Shown: positions 1 through 14,061 of the stretch, one piece after another
Numbering within the stretch: the stretch's first letter is position 1
Layout of the letters: each line of letters opens with the position of its first letter
NCBI GenBank assembly: GCA_951406725.2
Contig: OX597816.1
Span: 148,800,001-148,864,000, forward strand
Direction: 5' to 3'
Source: Octopus vulgaris
Taxonomy: Eukaryota
Length of the DNA stretch: 64,000 bases
The notes under the pieces: generated by a model
What the model was told of the DNA's origin: nothing
Seen by the model: only the letters and a program-made list of their open reading frames with translations
Databases searched by the model: none
Position numbers and translations under genes: made by a program

Positions 1-73
1 TGAAATTTTGAACTATTGAACTGCAGGGAAAAATACTGTTTTTTGTGAACTTTTTTATTGTTGAAGAATCATT

Positions 74-1560
74 GTGTCCATGGAGGTCAATAATAACGGT
101 GAGAAAAACTATGCGGAAATCACCAATGTGGTATGCATGAATGTAAACGTGCCCAGAATAGACTATCAGACATGTTTTGGCATGCTCACAGTGGATGGGG
201 AAGATGTTCGCATCTCCCCACTGAGTGAAGTTACTAATCAAAGAGATAATTGGGCCATCGTCTACAAATGTTTTAACGTAACAGAAAAAAGATTGCAATA
301 TTGGAGAAAGAAAAAATTGAAAAGTGCCTCGGACCACTTTGGAATGATATTACCTACGTAGCCCGAGTCAAAAGGTTTACCTCCATAGAGGTTCGCTTTA
401 AGGACGCAGAAACGGCAAGACAACATTCAGTCACAACACTAAAAACTACAGAAGTGACATTGCTACTACCGTATCTGGAACGTAGAACGTCCCGGATCAA
501 AATCGATGAAGTGCTGTAGCAGAGAAAATATAATCAATATCTTGCCAATTACACTTTCTACCCGTCAAAATTGGCTGGAGTAAAACGTAGAAATTTTAAT
601 TCAGGCCACACCGGTGGACCTTGAAGAAATCCCCGATCGATTGGTAATTGGGGATGAAGCTATTTCGAAAATACAGGTCGAGGGAAGGAAGCCGCGCTGC
701 TACAAGTGAGGCAAAAAAAGCCACATAGGAGCAAAGTGCGGCGCCTCAAAAACAAAGGATGACAAGGATTACAAGGCGGCAATCTGGCAGAAACGTTAGC
801 GCGCCGGGCGAAATGCTTAGCGGTATTTCGTCTGCCGTTACGTTCTGAGCTCAAATTTCGCCATGGTCGACTTTGCCTTTCATCCTTTCGGGCTCGATAA
901 ATTAAGTACCAGTTTCGCACTGGGTTGATGCAACCGACTTAATCCCTTTGTCTGTCCTTGTTTGTCCCCTCTATGTTTAGCCCTTTGTGGATAATACAGA
1001 AATAAAAACAAAGGATGACGATGAGCCCCACCACCCCCTCGACTACAGAAAAAACTGAAAAACCGAAGAAGCAGGAGGAAAAAAGAAACCAAAAAAGAAG
1101 CCAAAAACAAAAAAAAGAAGAAGAAAGCAAAAAAACCCACCCCGACAGACGACATGGGGCCGCTATAACGGAGGTGGAATTTCAAGAGGCGAAAAGGAAA
1201 CCAAATAAAGACAGTGTGTGTCACTAACATCCTCCTAGCCCCATACACCCAAAAAAACCTCCCACATCACCTACAAAATATCATTAACTCACCCCCTTAC
1301 CCATAAAGCCGCCACAGACACGACCACAATGGTCAAATATAACAAAAAGGACATGTACCTAGATGGCATTATCACAAAACACCACCTATCCAAGGTATAT
1401 GATGTAAGTGGGTATGCCAGTATAGATCGTACATTTTATAAACAACTGAAAGATAGAAAAGATGGGAATCTCCAAATTAAATGAGATACCGAAGCTCATA
1501 GATCCACAGCCCGAGACCGAAGAAGAAACAAAGAAAGGTATGGAAAGGAAACAAGTAGTG
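74..1560 (+). mobile_element. Tx1/L1-clade LINE ORF1 (gag-like) relic, frameshifted and interrupted by a SINE
   Basis: Broken ORFs 74-519. A CCHC knuckle remnant GRKPRCYK*GKKSHIGAKC lies at ~682-740, followed by a Lys/Pro-rich linker. It sits directly upstream of an APE ORF2 start. Confidence 0.7.
764..1003 (+). mobile_element. SINE (octopus-type family, AAGGCGGC..GGCAGAAACGTTAGC..) with 16-bp target-site duplication
   Basis: TSD AAAAACAAAGGATGAC at 748-763 and 1004-1019. Homologous copies occur at ~36107, 46692, 50390 and 62238. Confidence 0.85.
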
Positions 1561-1616
1561 ACGCTGAGGGTAATACCTTAGTAACTAACAAAAGTAAGTT
1601 TCTTTTTTCCCTTCGG

Positions 1617-2174
1617 ATGGCCGGTCTGAATGTCGGCTGCCTCAATGTACGTGGCCTGAGCTCGAAGTGGAAGCAGTCATGTTTTTACGATGACCTCAGG
1701 TCGCATAGAATGGATGTGATGGTGGCTACAGAGACCAAGCTGGATAACTCACGAACCTTCTCGGCACTCTTGGGTGGCTATGAGAAAATAATACTTCCTA
1801 GCCAGACCGGAGGTCGTGGAGGGGTGGTAGTGTTGCTCAGTAAAAGCTTGGCTCTGCATTCTAGAACAATCTTTATTGATCCAGAAGGTGAGTTGGTCGT
1901 TCTCGACTTGACATACAGCAGTACGAACCTTAGGTTGATAGGCATCTATGTGCCTTGTGCTACTGGTAAACAAAACGGTTTCTATCGACGCCTCGAGAAC
2001 TTCCTATTGATGTCAAGGACATTAGTTGTATTAGATTACTTTAACGCTATTCTGGATGCATGCCTGGATAGCGTTGGCTCGGTATATAGGAAAGGAAGCC
2101 CACACCTTAGCGGTTTGCTTACGCGTTTTCAGCTGGCAGATCGGTACAGACTGGAGCACCCGAACGTCCCAGCT
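1617..2174 (+). mobile_element. Tx1/L1 ORF2 N-terminal AP-endonuclease fragment (truncated)
   Basis: Motifs LNVGCLNVRGL, VATETKL, GGVVVL, RLIGIYVP and LVVLDYFNA (from GDFNA) in ORF 1617-2195. Confidence 0.88.
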
Positions 2175-2315
2175 GACACTGTAGGAGTTCGATGAGAAAA
2201 AAGTGAAGAACTGGTATTGCAGGAGTCTTCGAGTGACAATTCAAGCCACACCAGCAGAACTGAAGGAAATTCCAGAATTTATAATTCTGCTGGATGAGAC
2301 AAAACTTCATGATCA
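2175..2315 (+). mobile_element. Second, diverged Tx1 ORF1 fragment
   Basis: ATTCAAGCCACACCAGCAGAACTGAAGGAAATTCC resembles ~599-633 ATTCAGGCCACACCGGTGGACCTTGAAGAAATCCC. Confidence 0.5.
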
Positions 2316-2369
2316 ATGCCGCGCAAGATTACTACAGAGGAAAAGTAAATCTGAGTGAACAGCAACAAT

Positions 2370-2985
2370 GGTTCAAATGTTTCGGGTTAAAAACAGAAAC
2401 AGAACGTCTGTTTTATCTGCACGAGACCAATACCTAACCAGGAACCATTGCAAAAATAAAATAGTAAAAGAAAATGCTAACATCAATGAGAAGAGTGATC
2501 ATATTATTTCAAGCTGTGTATATCCACAGATATACCCGAGTCAGCAGTTATATTCATCGGACAACATACCGTTTGACTCGAATACAAATAAAAAGTGTAC
2601 AAAATACGACACATAAAATTGATCTGGGACGTGCTTGTACAGACTGACAAAGATATCAGGACAAACCGTCCGGATATAATTATCAAGAAATGAAATTAAG
2701 ATGGTTGTACTCTGATGATTCGATTCTTTTAATCCTAAATATTAACCTGGAGGGAGATGGGGTGAAACTGCTTAAGGATTTTAAACTCAAAATAAGCAGG
2801 ATGTGAGGCATAAAATCTGAAATAGTACAAAAATTAGTTGGAAAAATTAGTTCGATAAAAAAATCTATATTAACAAAGACATACAAGAAACTTCAGGGCC
2901 CGCAATGTTACATCCAGTTCAAAAGATCATCCTGCTTGGCCCGGACCACATCCTATAAGAGACACTTTCAGCTCACCAGGATAAC
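2370..2985 (+). mobile_element. R4/Dong-type LINE C-terminal (REL endonuclease) relic
   Basis: Translated remnants ARDQYLTRN, DHIISSC, KLIWDVLVQTDKDIRTNRPDIII and QKIILLG. Confidence 0.65.
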
Positions 2986-4332
2986 TTAATCAGTATGCCA
3001 ATTGCATATAGAACATACTCTAAACAACAATCACCCCTATAAGTTAATGCAACACATACTCTACGGAATTACCACCGAATAACGTAACACAAAATATACT
3101 TTATATAATCACCAATCTTAACAGTTACGAGTATAATCGATCCACAACATTATAACACTAACAACTCAGGTAACTGATATTCTTCACAGTTGCCAATAAC
3201 ACAACCCTTACGGCATATACTCTTCAGATTCACTGCCCAACACTAAAATAAATAACACTAATCACACAGCAACAACGGAACCCAAATAATAACCCAACAA
3301 AAACAACTCACATTGCATGAATTCTACGTAACACAAGAAACACTATAACAACATCAAAAACAACGAAACGAATTCCACTACAAAGCAAAAGTGATATATT
3401 ATGCAAGCAGAATTATACTTCCTCATAAGACAATGATGCACAGATCTCAGAAACACGAAGTCGCACCTTGTAATGCAGCAGAAACTCGCATGAGACAATT
3501 CGAAAGATGATGATAACAACGACGACCACGACAACGATGACGATGGTGTTGGTAAAGATGATGATCGTAATTATGCTTATGATGATGATTATGCTCATGA
3601 TGATGACGATGATGCAGTCGTGGATATAAATATAAACATTTATCTAGGAATGTAACAAGACATTTTCCAATGAAAATTTCCAATTTTAGTTGCAAGTTAT
3701 TAAAGTTTATTCAAAATATGTACCACAATAACATTTATGACAAACTTTCATTGCGTTTGGAAAGCTATACCGGAACTTTCGATATAAAATCTGACTAAAT
3801 TACTTGGAATACGTTTAGAAATTGCGTCAATTTCAAGAAAAGAAAGCTGTCAGCAAATGTACATTACTTTCCAGAGCAATATTTACAAATTCAACCACTA
3901 TTAATCATTCGAAAAGAATAGAATGAGACAAAATTCAATAAACTGGTTTCCTGAATGAATTTCTCACTGATATCGTGTAAAGTTTAACGAAAGAATTATT
4001 TTCTGTCTCCCTCACCAACGTTTCTTTTTTTTATTTTTTAAATGTGTCTTGAAAGATTTTTATCAAAATTCCTTCAAATCAACAGGGCAAGTTCTTCTAT
4101 CCCGTTCAATTTCTTAAAGATAAAGGTTATTGATATTGCTGACGAATTCAATCATTCAGCGTGTAATTTTTAGCGATCTAGTCTTATTGCTTAGAGATGT
4201 AAAAATATAGAGCATATACAACTGCATCACATTGCTACATTGCTACCTGGGGATATCGTTATATCATCATTCATTTATATGTTTCTTTGTGAACATGTAT
4301 TGTATTCATGTATTTATGAATGTCACAATGCA

Positions 4333-4382
<50 letters not shown>

Positions 4383-4773
4383 AAGTATAGATGTGTGTGA
4401 CTATACATTATATGTGTGCGTTTGTGTAAACATGTCTATGTATGTGTGGACATATAACGCAACCCCTATTGTCACCAGTACTACAACAATTACCAGTAAC
4501 ACTAACATTACTGCCAGCAATACTAATATTTCTACTACTACTACAACTACTACTACTACCACCACCACCACAACTACTACTATTGTCATAACCACTGATG
4601 TCACTACCTGGTCGCTACAGTAACACAAATATCAATAAAAGATACAAAAATGGACTTATAAGTTGCGCCTACTCAATAATCTACAAACAGGCAAATAGTT
4701 AGAGCGATTGAGCATCAATGACTGAATCTTGAGTTCATATGAAGACGCTGATAGCACCTGCATAAATATTTCG

Positions 4774-4815
<42 letters not shown>

Positions 4816-5075
4816 TTTCAGATATGTCCAACTTTATTGTGTGCCATATAACGCTATTGTTCTTGCAGTGAGGCAAATGTGGATTGTTTAGTGGCGATGA
4901 TTAATTTCTCATTGCCTTCATAGGACAAAGATTTGTGAGCAACCACATACATGGTGTGCAGAAAATATTTTTACTTTTGAGATGATAATTCATTTTTATC
5001 TATAGTTTATGAAAGGTACATAATAAAACTGTTCTATTTTTTGAGATGAGGAATTCTGTACATTATTTACATTAG

Positions 5076-5215
5076 ACGGATATGTGCCCTCATCTTGTTT
5101 GTTGTTACCACAACGTTTCGGCTGATTTACTCTCTAGCCTTCATCAGGTGTCCTGGTAGGATTTTGAACCCAACCCTGGGTTCTCATTCCTAAGGTATTT
5201 TTTTGCAGATGTCAT
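5076..5215 (-). mobile_element. Penelope-like terminal-repeat fragment carrying a minimal hammerhead motif
   Basis: The minus strand reads GACAC-CTGATGA-A-GGCT-(12 nt)-AGCC-GAAAC-GTT-GTG. Confidence 0.6.
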
Positions 5216-5559
5216 TATTATTATTTTTATTATCCGTCTATATATCCGTCTAATGTAAATAATGTAAATAATGTATGTAATAAAAGAAATATGTTATTCG
5301 TTCCATCGAATTCTCTTTATGTTCACATTCATATTTTATCTTGTATTTTTCTTTGTTACAAAAATTACAATTATATTAGGTTAAAATAAAATATTGTTTA
5401 ACACGTTTTATATTTGAGAAACATTCTCACACAAAAATAATATAATTCATACTTCCCTTTAAAATTCTTGATTTCTTTTAGAAATGGTTAAGCTGCAAGT
5501 AGAAAAATAAAAATAGCCAAGTTCATTAAACTGTACGAGCATTTGACAGTCAGGAATGG

Positions 5560-7300
5560 TGTATATACTTCGCATTTTCCAATTTTTTCAAAGCTTGTAT
5601 TCTTTCTAAACCGTTGTGGGCATTGTATGCGCATAAGCATATCTAAGTGACTTTCTTGTAATCTGTTTCTAGATTTTAATTTAATTGTACTCATCAGATT
5701 GAATAATTTCCACACAATCCGCACTTTATACTTGAATTGTTGAATATCAAAGAGCTGATAGATAGCATTAAAATTATGTTTTTACACTAAATGCTTCAAG
5801 AGGTCTTTTGTGAAGGATATATAATATTTAAAGCCATTTATTGACTATAGGTACAAGGATGTTTTCCTCATCAGAATTCATGATCTCTTTGTATTTTTTA
5901 TGATGTTTTGCTCTATAAAATGCTGTCGGTGCCAAAATCATTGGTGACTTCTAACATAAAAGAAGGAAAATCTTACCCTTCAAGTTCACTTGCATAAAGT
6001 CATGTCTCCAAATGTACACAAAACAAGGAAAAAAATGTCAAAAAGTCCTTTGTCAAAGTCTTCTGTGCAGAATGCAATAATATTTTGAGCTGTGTTACTT
6101 TAGAAAACAATTGTCTCCAGATACTATTTTTTTTTATATCCGATAATTCTTTTGTTTCTTTAGCAGTAAGCCTTCAGTAGTGGTTAAACTCCTTTTTGGC
6201 AACATATGCATGGTTCAGCAGACTCATCAAAAGTATCATTTATTGTGAACGTGACATTTTCTAAAGAATCCTCAAACGGCAGTATTTAATGACTGGATTA
6301 TTATTTTTATTTACTTCAATTTCAAAGTAATTCAGAAAGATTCCATAATTTTGTACAAGCACATTGACAGTGATATGTCTTCATAACCACTGCACCTCAT
6401 TGAGTGCACAAAATGGCAAAGTTTCATATACCATAACATTGCCTTTTCTTTCAAGTTTGATATTTAAAACTTTTGGTACACATAAAACTGTATAGATTGT
6501 CTTGAGTAAAGTTTCTGTTTCTGTCACTTTTAGAAGAGTATTCCAAGGCCTTATAGAAATTTCTGCACGCTTTATAATCAATTCGTTGCAAGAATCCACT
6601 TTAAATCTTCTCCAATTGGTTATATAGCTTTCAGTGGCTATTTTCCTCAATTTGAAATAAAGGATAAGCATTTTGCTAACAGAACTATCTGTACTTTCAT
6701 CAAAGATTAATGTATGTTATTTTGATTGTCGAATTTCCAACGTCATATCTGAATGGATAATGCCATTCTACAAGCTGAAATGCATAGTTTTTACTACGCC
6801 AACCTATTGGCAAGGGTACGTATTCGGCCATATGATCCTGTATATATATTGTACAGAGTTCATTGAAGCGTATATTTGTATTGCGAATAACATAATGTCT
6901 CTGAGACTTTATTTCATTTGCCTTGGAAGCCTTTATTTCTTTCACTTCTGTTCTCTCTTTATGTGAAACACCCTCAAAAAGTACTTATAATGGTTGAATA
7001 ATCCTGTTTCTAAGAATTTCGATAGCAGAAATATGTTGCTTCTGAGATAAATGCCTTTTCAACTAATCCAATTTCCACCCCTCACTGTATGTTGTTTTGT
7101 CAGTAGTAAACACGTTAGAGACTTTTGCTTCACTACAAATTTGACAGATTAACCTTGACTTCATTGTATTGGAAGATTTCTTTCAATTGAATTACTGTAC
7201 GATTCCTTGATTTTAGTGTTTCTGCTTCTACTTTTGTGATAAGCCAATCATCTTAAATTGAAAGCAAGACATTTTCAGGCTGTACTTGTGTTACATTCCG
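5560..7300 (-). mobile_element. hAT-superfamily transposase relic (ZNF862/GTF2IRD2-like)
   Basis: Minus strand gives LIFDESTDSSVSKMLILYF (~6655-6710; catalytic DESTD) and the C-terminal dimerisation motif MSTIKLKSRNRLQESHLDMLMRI. It has many stops, and I found no TIRs. Confidence 0.75.
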
Positions 7301-7949
7301 GTTTTTGCTTTACCATCATAATGATTTATTATTATATCTATTTTTATTATATTATTTTTATATTGGAAAGAAAAATATATTAATTATATTTATTATAGTT
7401 GTTAACAATTATGTTTGTTAAAAAAATTAACACAAAAATTTGACTAATGAAGTTTATAGTGATAAATTTGATTAATCTTAGCCAGTTACAAAGTTAATTA
7501 GGAAAGTCAATATAATTCCCACCATTTTTATTCATTATCAATTATTGGCTTCTGCTATTATACATCTCACGGTCAGCTATCATGCACCATATCTTATGAA
7601 GTCGAATCGAGACTGTCGTTCTCGGTTATCCAAGTGGTCCAACAGGACATTTCAGGGAAGTGGGCAATACTTTATTATAGATAAATACTTAGCCAAAGCG
7701 TATTGTAAAGCCAGGCACTCTGGAAATATCTGGCAAAAGTGAGAACGACGAATAAGATTTTAAAAATTTAATTTATTCTGGGATGTTATTTGTCTGCATT
7801 TTTAGCAGGCCGAGGTACCATCCGTATGTATGTGTATGTGTGAGTGTATATGTGCGCATGCATACATGCATAACTACATGCATATATACATTTGAAACAC
7901 TTTTGCAATAAAGGATCAGGTAATAACTACAAAATACCTGATGTACAGC

Positions 7950-8430
7950 AAGGTCAAAGATTCGAGTAAATTCCAGATATGACAACTGAAGTAGGCTCTA
8001 TGAAATAATACTAAGGATATCACCCACACCATAAGTGGCTGCCCGATAATAGTCTCATGGTACTACTGGTCTATGAGACAAGATTTCAGGATTTGAAAAT
8101 TATATAATGCGTGGAAACAAATATAAGAAGCGATGTGCAGGGCATAATCACACATAATTGGAGAGATCACTGATGATACTTGTCAAGACTTCATTAAGAA
8201 GCGACTGCAACACGCCAAGCATAATGATCTAATGCAGAGAAACTTTTTTCACAGTAGTTGAAATCAGTTGCCCAGCAGATGTCAACATGATGTTAAAGAT
8301 TAATGAAAAAGAAAACATCTATACCAGTCTGTTGAGAAATGTGCTGTTTCGCTATTCGGATTATAACTTTAGATTTATACGAATAATTATTTGAGCAGTT
8401 GGCTACGTGACTAACTGCTTGGTTAGATAA
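7950..8430 (+). mobile_element. REL-type LINE (R4/NeSL-like) 3' coding relic
   Basis: Remnants DITHTISGCP and VVEISCPADVNMMLKINEKENIY, followed by an FIRIII.AVG-like motif. Confidence 0.6.
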
Positions 8431-8632
8431 TAAAATTTTGCCTGAACATACAATTTACTATCTCTCTCTCTCTTTATCACCTCCCCATATCTGAGTGTTC
8501 TACATTCCCCGCCCGCTCTTCTGTGTAATTTCAAATTCACAAAACCAGAAAGAACACAATCAGATGATTACAGCTTCAAGTTGTCAATGGTACTGTCAGA
8601 GCATGTAATACATTCATGTGCACATACATATG

Positions 8633-8669
<37 letters not shown>

Positions 8670-8719
8670 GTTGTGTGTGTGCGCGCGCGCGCGCGTGTAC
8701 GTGTGTGTGTACATACACA

Positions 8720-8936
8720 CGAGTGGTGTGCTGAAAAGTTACTGGCTTTAAGTAAAAGAAAATACAAGAGGATCAGTTAATTATGATTTTATACAACATA
8801 TTCCCCTCTCAGATTCACACACTTGCAACTGTCCTTTAGTTTTTCTAAGCCCTAAAAAAGAACTCGGAAGGTTGGGCCTCCAGCCAGACCCTTTTGCGAT
8901 ACCCTTAAAGCCAGAAGCTTTTCAGCACCCCACTCG
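8720..8936. mobile_element. mariner-type MITE (~217 bp)
   Basis: ~33-bp TIRs: CGAGTGGTGTGCTGAAAAGTTACTGGCTTTAAG versus the reverse complement of CTTAAAGCCAGAAGCTTTTCAGCACCCCACTCG. Confidence 0.8.
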
Positions 8937-8950
8937 GGAATATAAAAAAA

Positions 8951-9271
8951 CTGGCACTTCGTCAATTACGACGACGAGGGTTCCAGTTGATCCGATCAGC
9001 AGAACAGCCAACTAGTGAAATTAACGTGCAAGTGGCTGAGCACTCTACATGCACGCGTACTCTTACTCAAGAAGATTCAGCGTGACACAGGAATTGACAA
9101 CGCTAGCCCTTTGAAATACAAGTACTGCTCATTTTTTGCCAGTTGAGTGAACTGGAGCCATGTGAGATAAAGCATCTTGCTCAAAGACACAACGCGCTGC
9201 CGGTAATCGAATTCATGACCTGAGAATCGGGAGACGAAAACCCTAATGACTTAGACACGCGCCTTCACCGC
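8951..9271 (-). mobile_element. tRNA-derived SINE (second family)
   Basis: Minus strand has a tRNA-like head GGCGCGTG..AGT..TTAGGG..ATTCGATTACC, then a GTGTCTTTGAGCAAGA core. Related pieces occur at ~39950-40110 and 45680-45745. Confidence 0.65.
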
Positions 9272-9308
9272 GTATATATATATATATATATATATACATA
9301 TATATATA

Positions 9309-10933
<1,625 letters not shown>

Positions 10934-10943
10934 GCATACATAT

Positions 10944-11101
<158 letters not shown>

Positions 11102-13352
11102 GAGGATGGGAAACCTAATGCAGAAGTTAGAACGTTCTGGAGTAATATTTGGGGTAAGCCAGTCAATCATAATGGAGATGCAGTATGGTTTTAAAAAACG
11201 TGAAGTGAGAAACAGCCAGATGTAAGATTAATTAGTGCATTAATGAGTAAAGTGTTAAGGAAAATGCAGAATTGGAAGGGCCCGGGACCAGCTTTAGTTC
11301 AAGGGTACTGGTTAAAGAAATTTAGTAATTTACATAGTAGCTGAGGGAACAACTTCAAGATCGCCTTAATTGAGGAATAATACCAGATCGGATGACTAGA
11401 GGGAGAACAATACTACTTATGAAAGATAAAAGCTAGGGTGTTACAGTTAGCAATTATAGACCAATCACTTGCTTACCATTAGTGTGGAAGCTGTTAACAG
11501 GAATGCTTTCAGAAAGCATTTACGAACACCTTGACAACCAGAATTAACTGCCAGAAGAACAGAAAGGTTGCAGGAAGAAGGCGAGAGGAACGCATGATCT
11601 ATTATACATAGACAAAGCAGTTGTAAATGGAGTAGAATCTAGAAAGCAAAATCTAACAATAGCCTGGATAGATTTTAAGAAAGCCTATGACATGATCCTA
11701 CACACATGTATAAGTGAATGAGTATATTCAGTATAGCAGACAACATAAGAGAAGTAATTAGCTTTAGCATAAAGAAATGGAAAGTAGACCTCTACTCAGG
11801 TGACTCAATATTAGGGAAAGTTAATATTAAGAGAGGAATTTTCCAAGGGGACTCGTTATCCCCTTTGATATTTGTCTTATGTTTGATCCTCCTCAGTTTA
11901 GTATTAAAAAATGCAAAGGCAGGGTATCAGTTCAGAAATAATAAGGGAAAAATTAACCATTTGCTCTATATGGATGATCTGAAGCTTTTTAGTAAGAATG
12001 AAAGAGATAGGTTCCTTAATACAAACTGTAAGACTCTTCAGCAAATATATAGGCATGGAATTTGGCATAGATAGGAGTGCAATATTAGTCATGAGAAGAG
12101 GACAGGTACTCAACAGCGAAGGCATCCAATTACCAGATGGCCAGACATTAAAATCATTGAAAGGAGAGAGCTATAAGTATATAGGAGTATTAGAATCTGA
12201 CAGAGTACTAACTATAGAAATGAAAACGAAAATTAAGGAGTACATCAGATGGTGAGGAAGCTAATGAAGTCAAAGCTAAATGCTCCGAATTTAGCGATGA
12301 CTGTAAATACTTGGGTAGTATCATTACTTACTCAGCAGCTTTTGTAGATTGAACGAAAACTAAATTAGCAAAAATTCTCTCGATAACCACTAATTTGAGC
12401 ACCATTTTCATCTACCGGGCTGCTCAGGTAGTAATATTCCATGACCACAGCATTAATTTGCTGCGTGGAGCTAGCTAGAGTAGATATAGACTCCTATGTA
12501 GGTAATAGTGAAGAAAGTTTATGAAGAGCTGCTAGAGTCACAGCAAGACATAGGGAAACCAAAAGCCCAAACGAAGTTAAAAGCAGAAAAAAGGACAGAA
12601 CTTATCTGACTGGCAGAAGAAGGCTTTGCATGGTAGATTCTCAAAGACAGTTACAGAAAATAGTAGTAGTGAGACATGGTTATTGTTACAGAAAGGAAGG
12701 CTGAAAAGGAGACAGGAAATTTGTTAGTAGCAGCACAAGATCGAGCGTTAATGATTAATTGGATAAAAGCCAAGATAGACAAGAATCAAGTAGACTCCCA
12801 ATGTAGGTTATGGCAAATCAAAAGAAGAAAGCGTTACTTATATAGTAAGTGAATGTAGCATGCTGGCACAGAAAGAATACAAGAAAAGACATGACAACCT
12901 AGGCAGAGTAATCCACTGAGAGATATGCAGAAAGCTAGGATTTGAACATACTGATAAATGGTATGAACATGAACCTAGAAAGTAAGAAATATAAGATGTT
13001 GTGGGACTTTAACATTCAGACTGACAGATTAATAGAAGCTAGAAGGCCTGGTTTAGTAGTAGTTTATAAAGAGAATAGCAAGTGCCAGATAATTGATTTT
13101 ACAGTTCCAAATGATGAAAAATATCAATATGAGAGGTATACAAAAAATAGCATATAATCAAGACTTAGCCATTACAGAGACTATCGAAAGCGCGGGTAAA
13201 ATTAATCCCAATAGTTTTAGGTGTATTGGTAACTATCCCTAAAAATATGAACAGATGAATAGAGTAAATAGGCATAAAAGCCAGTTTAGTACGGTTCCAG
13301 AAAACAGTGTTATTAGGGACAGCTAAGATACTTACGAGGGTTCTTAGCATCA
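11102..13352 (+). mobile_element. R4/Dong-clade LINE, 5'-truncated (RT + CCHC + REL), defective
   Basis: Motifs [38 protein letters not shown] and LWDFNIQTDRLIEARRP...IIDFTVPND. Confidence 0.9.
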
Positions 13353-13614
13353 TTGCAAAAGTCCTACTGTATTCTCCAACTGGACAGACAAACGAACATC
13401 TTAAGAAAACTTTAAAACTTTAATATATTACTACTGATAGTAGTAAATACATTTGACTTCTGCTAACCCAAAGGGTGCAGACTCTTTTGTCTCTATGGCT
13501 GACCTCCCCACCATCTGCCGAATCTATTTATAGACCTGCAGAATATAATCTATTCCCCAAACTGCTACCCAACTATCTCTTCAAAGAATGGTAGTGATGG
13601 TGAAGGTGATACTG

Positions 13615-14061
<447 letters not shown>

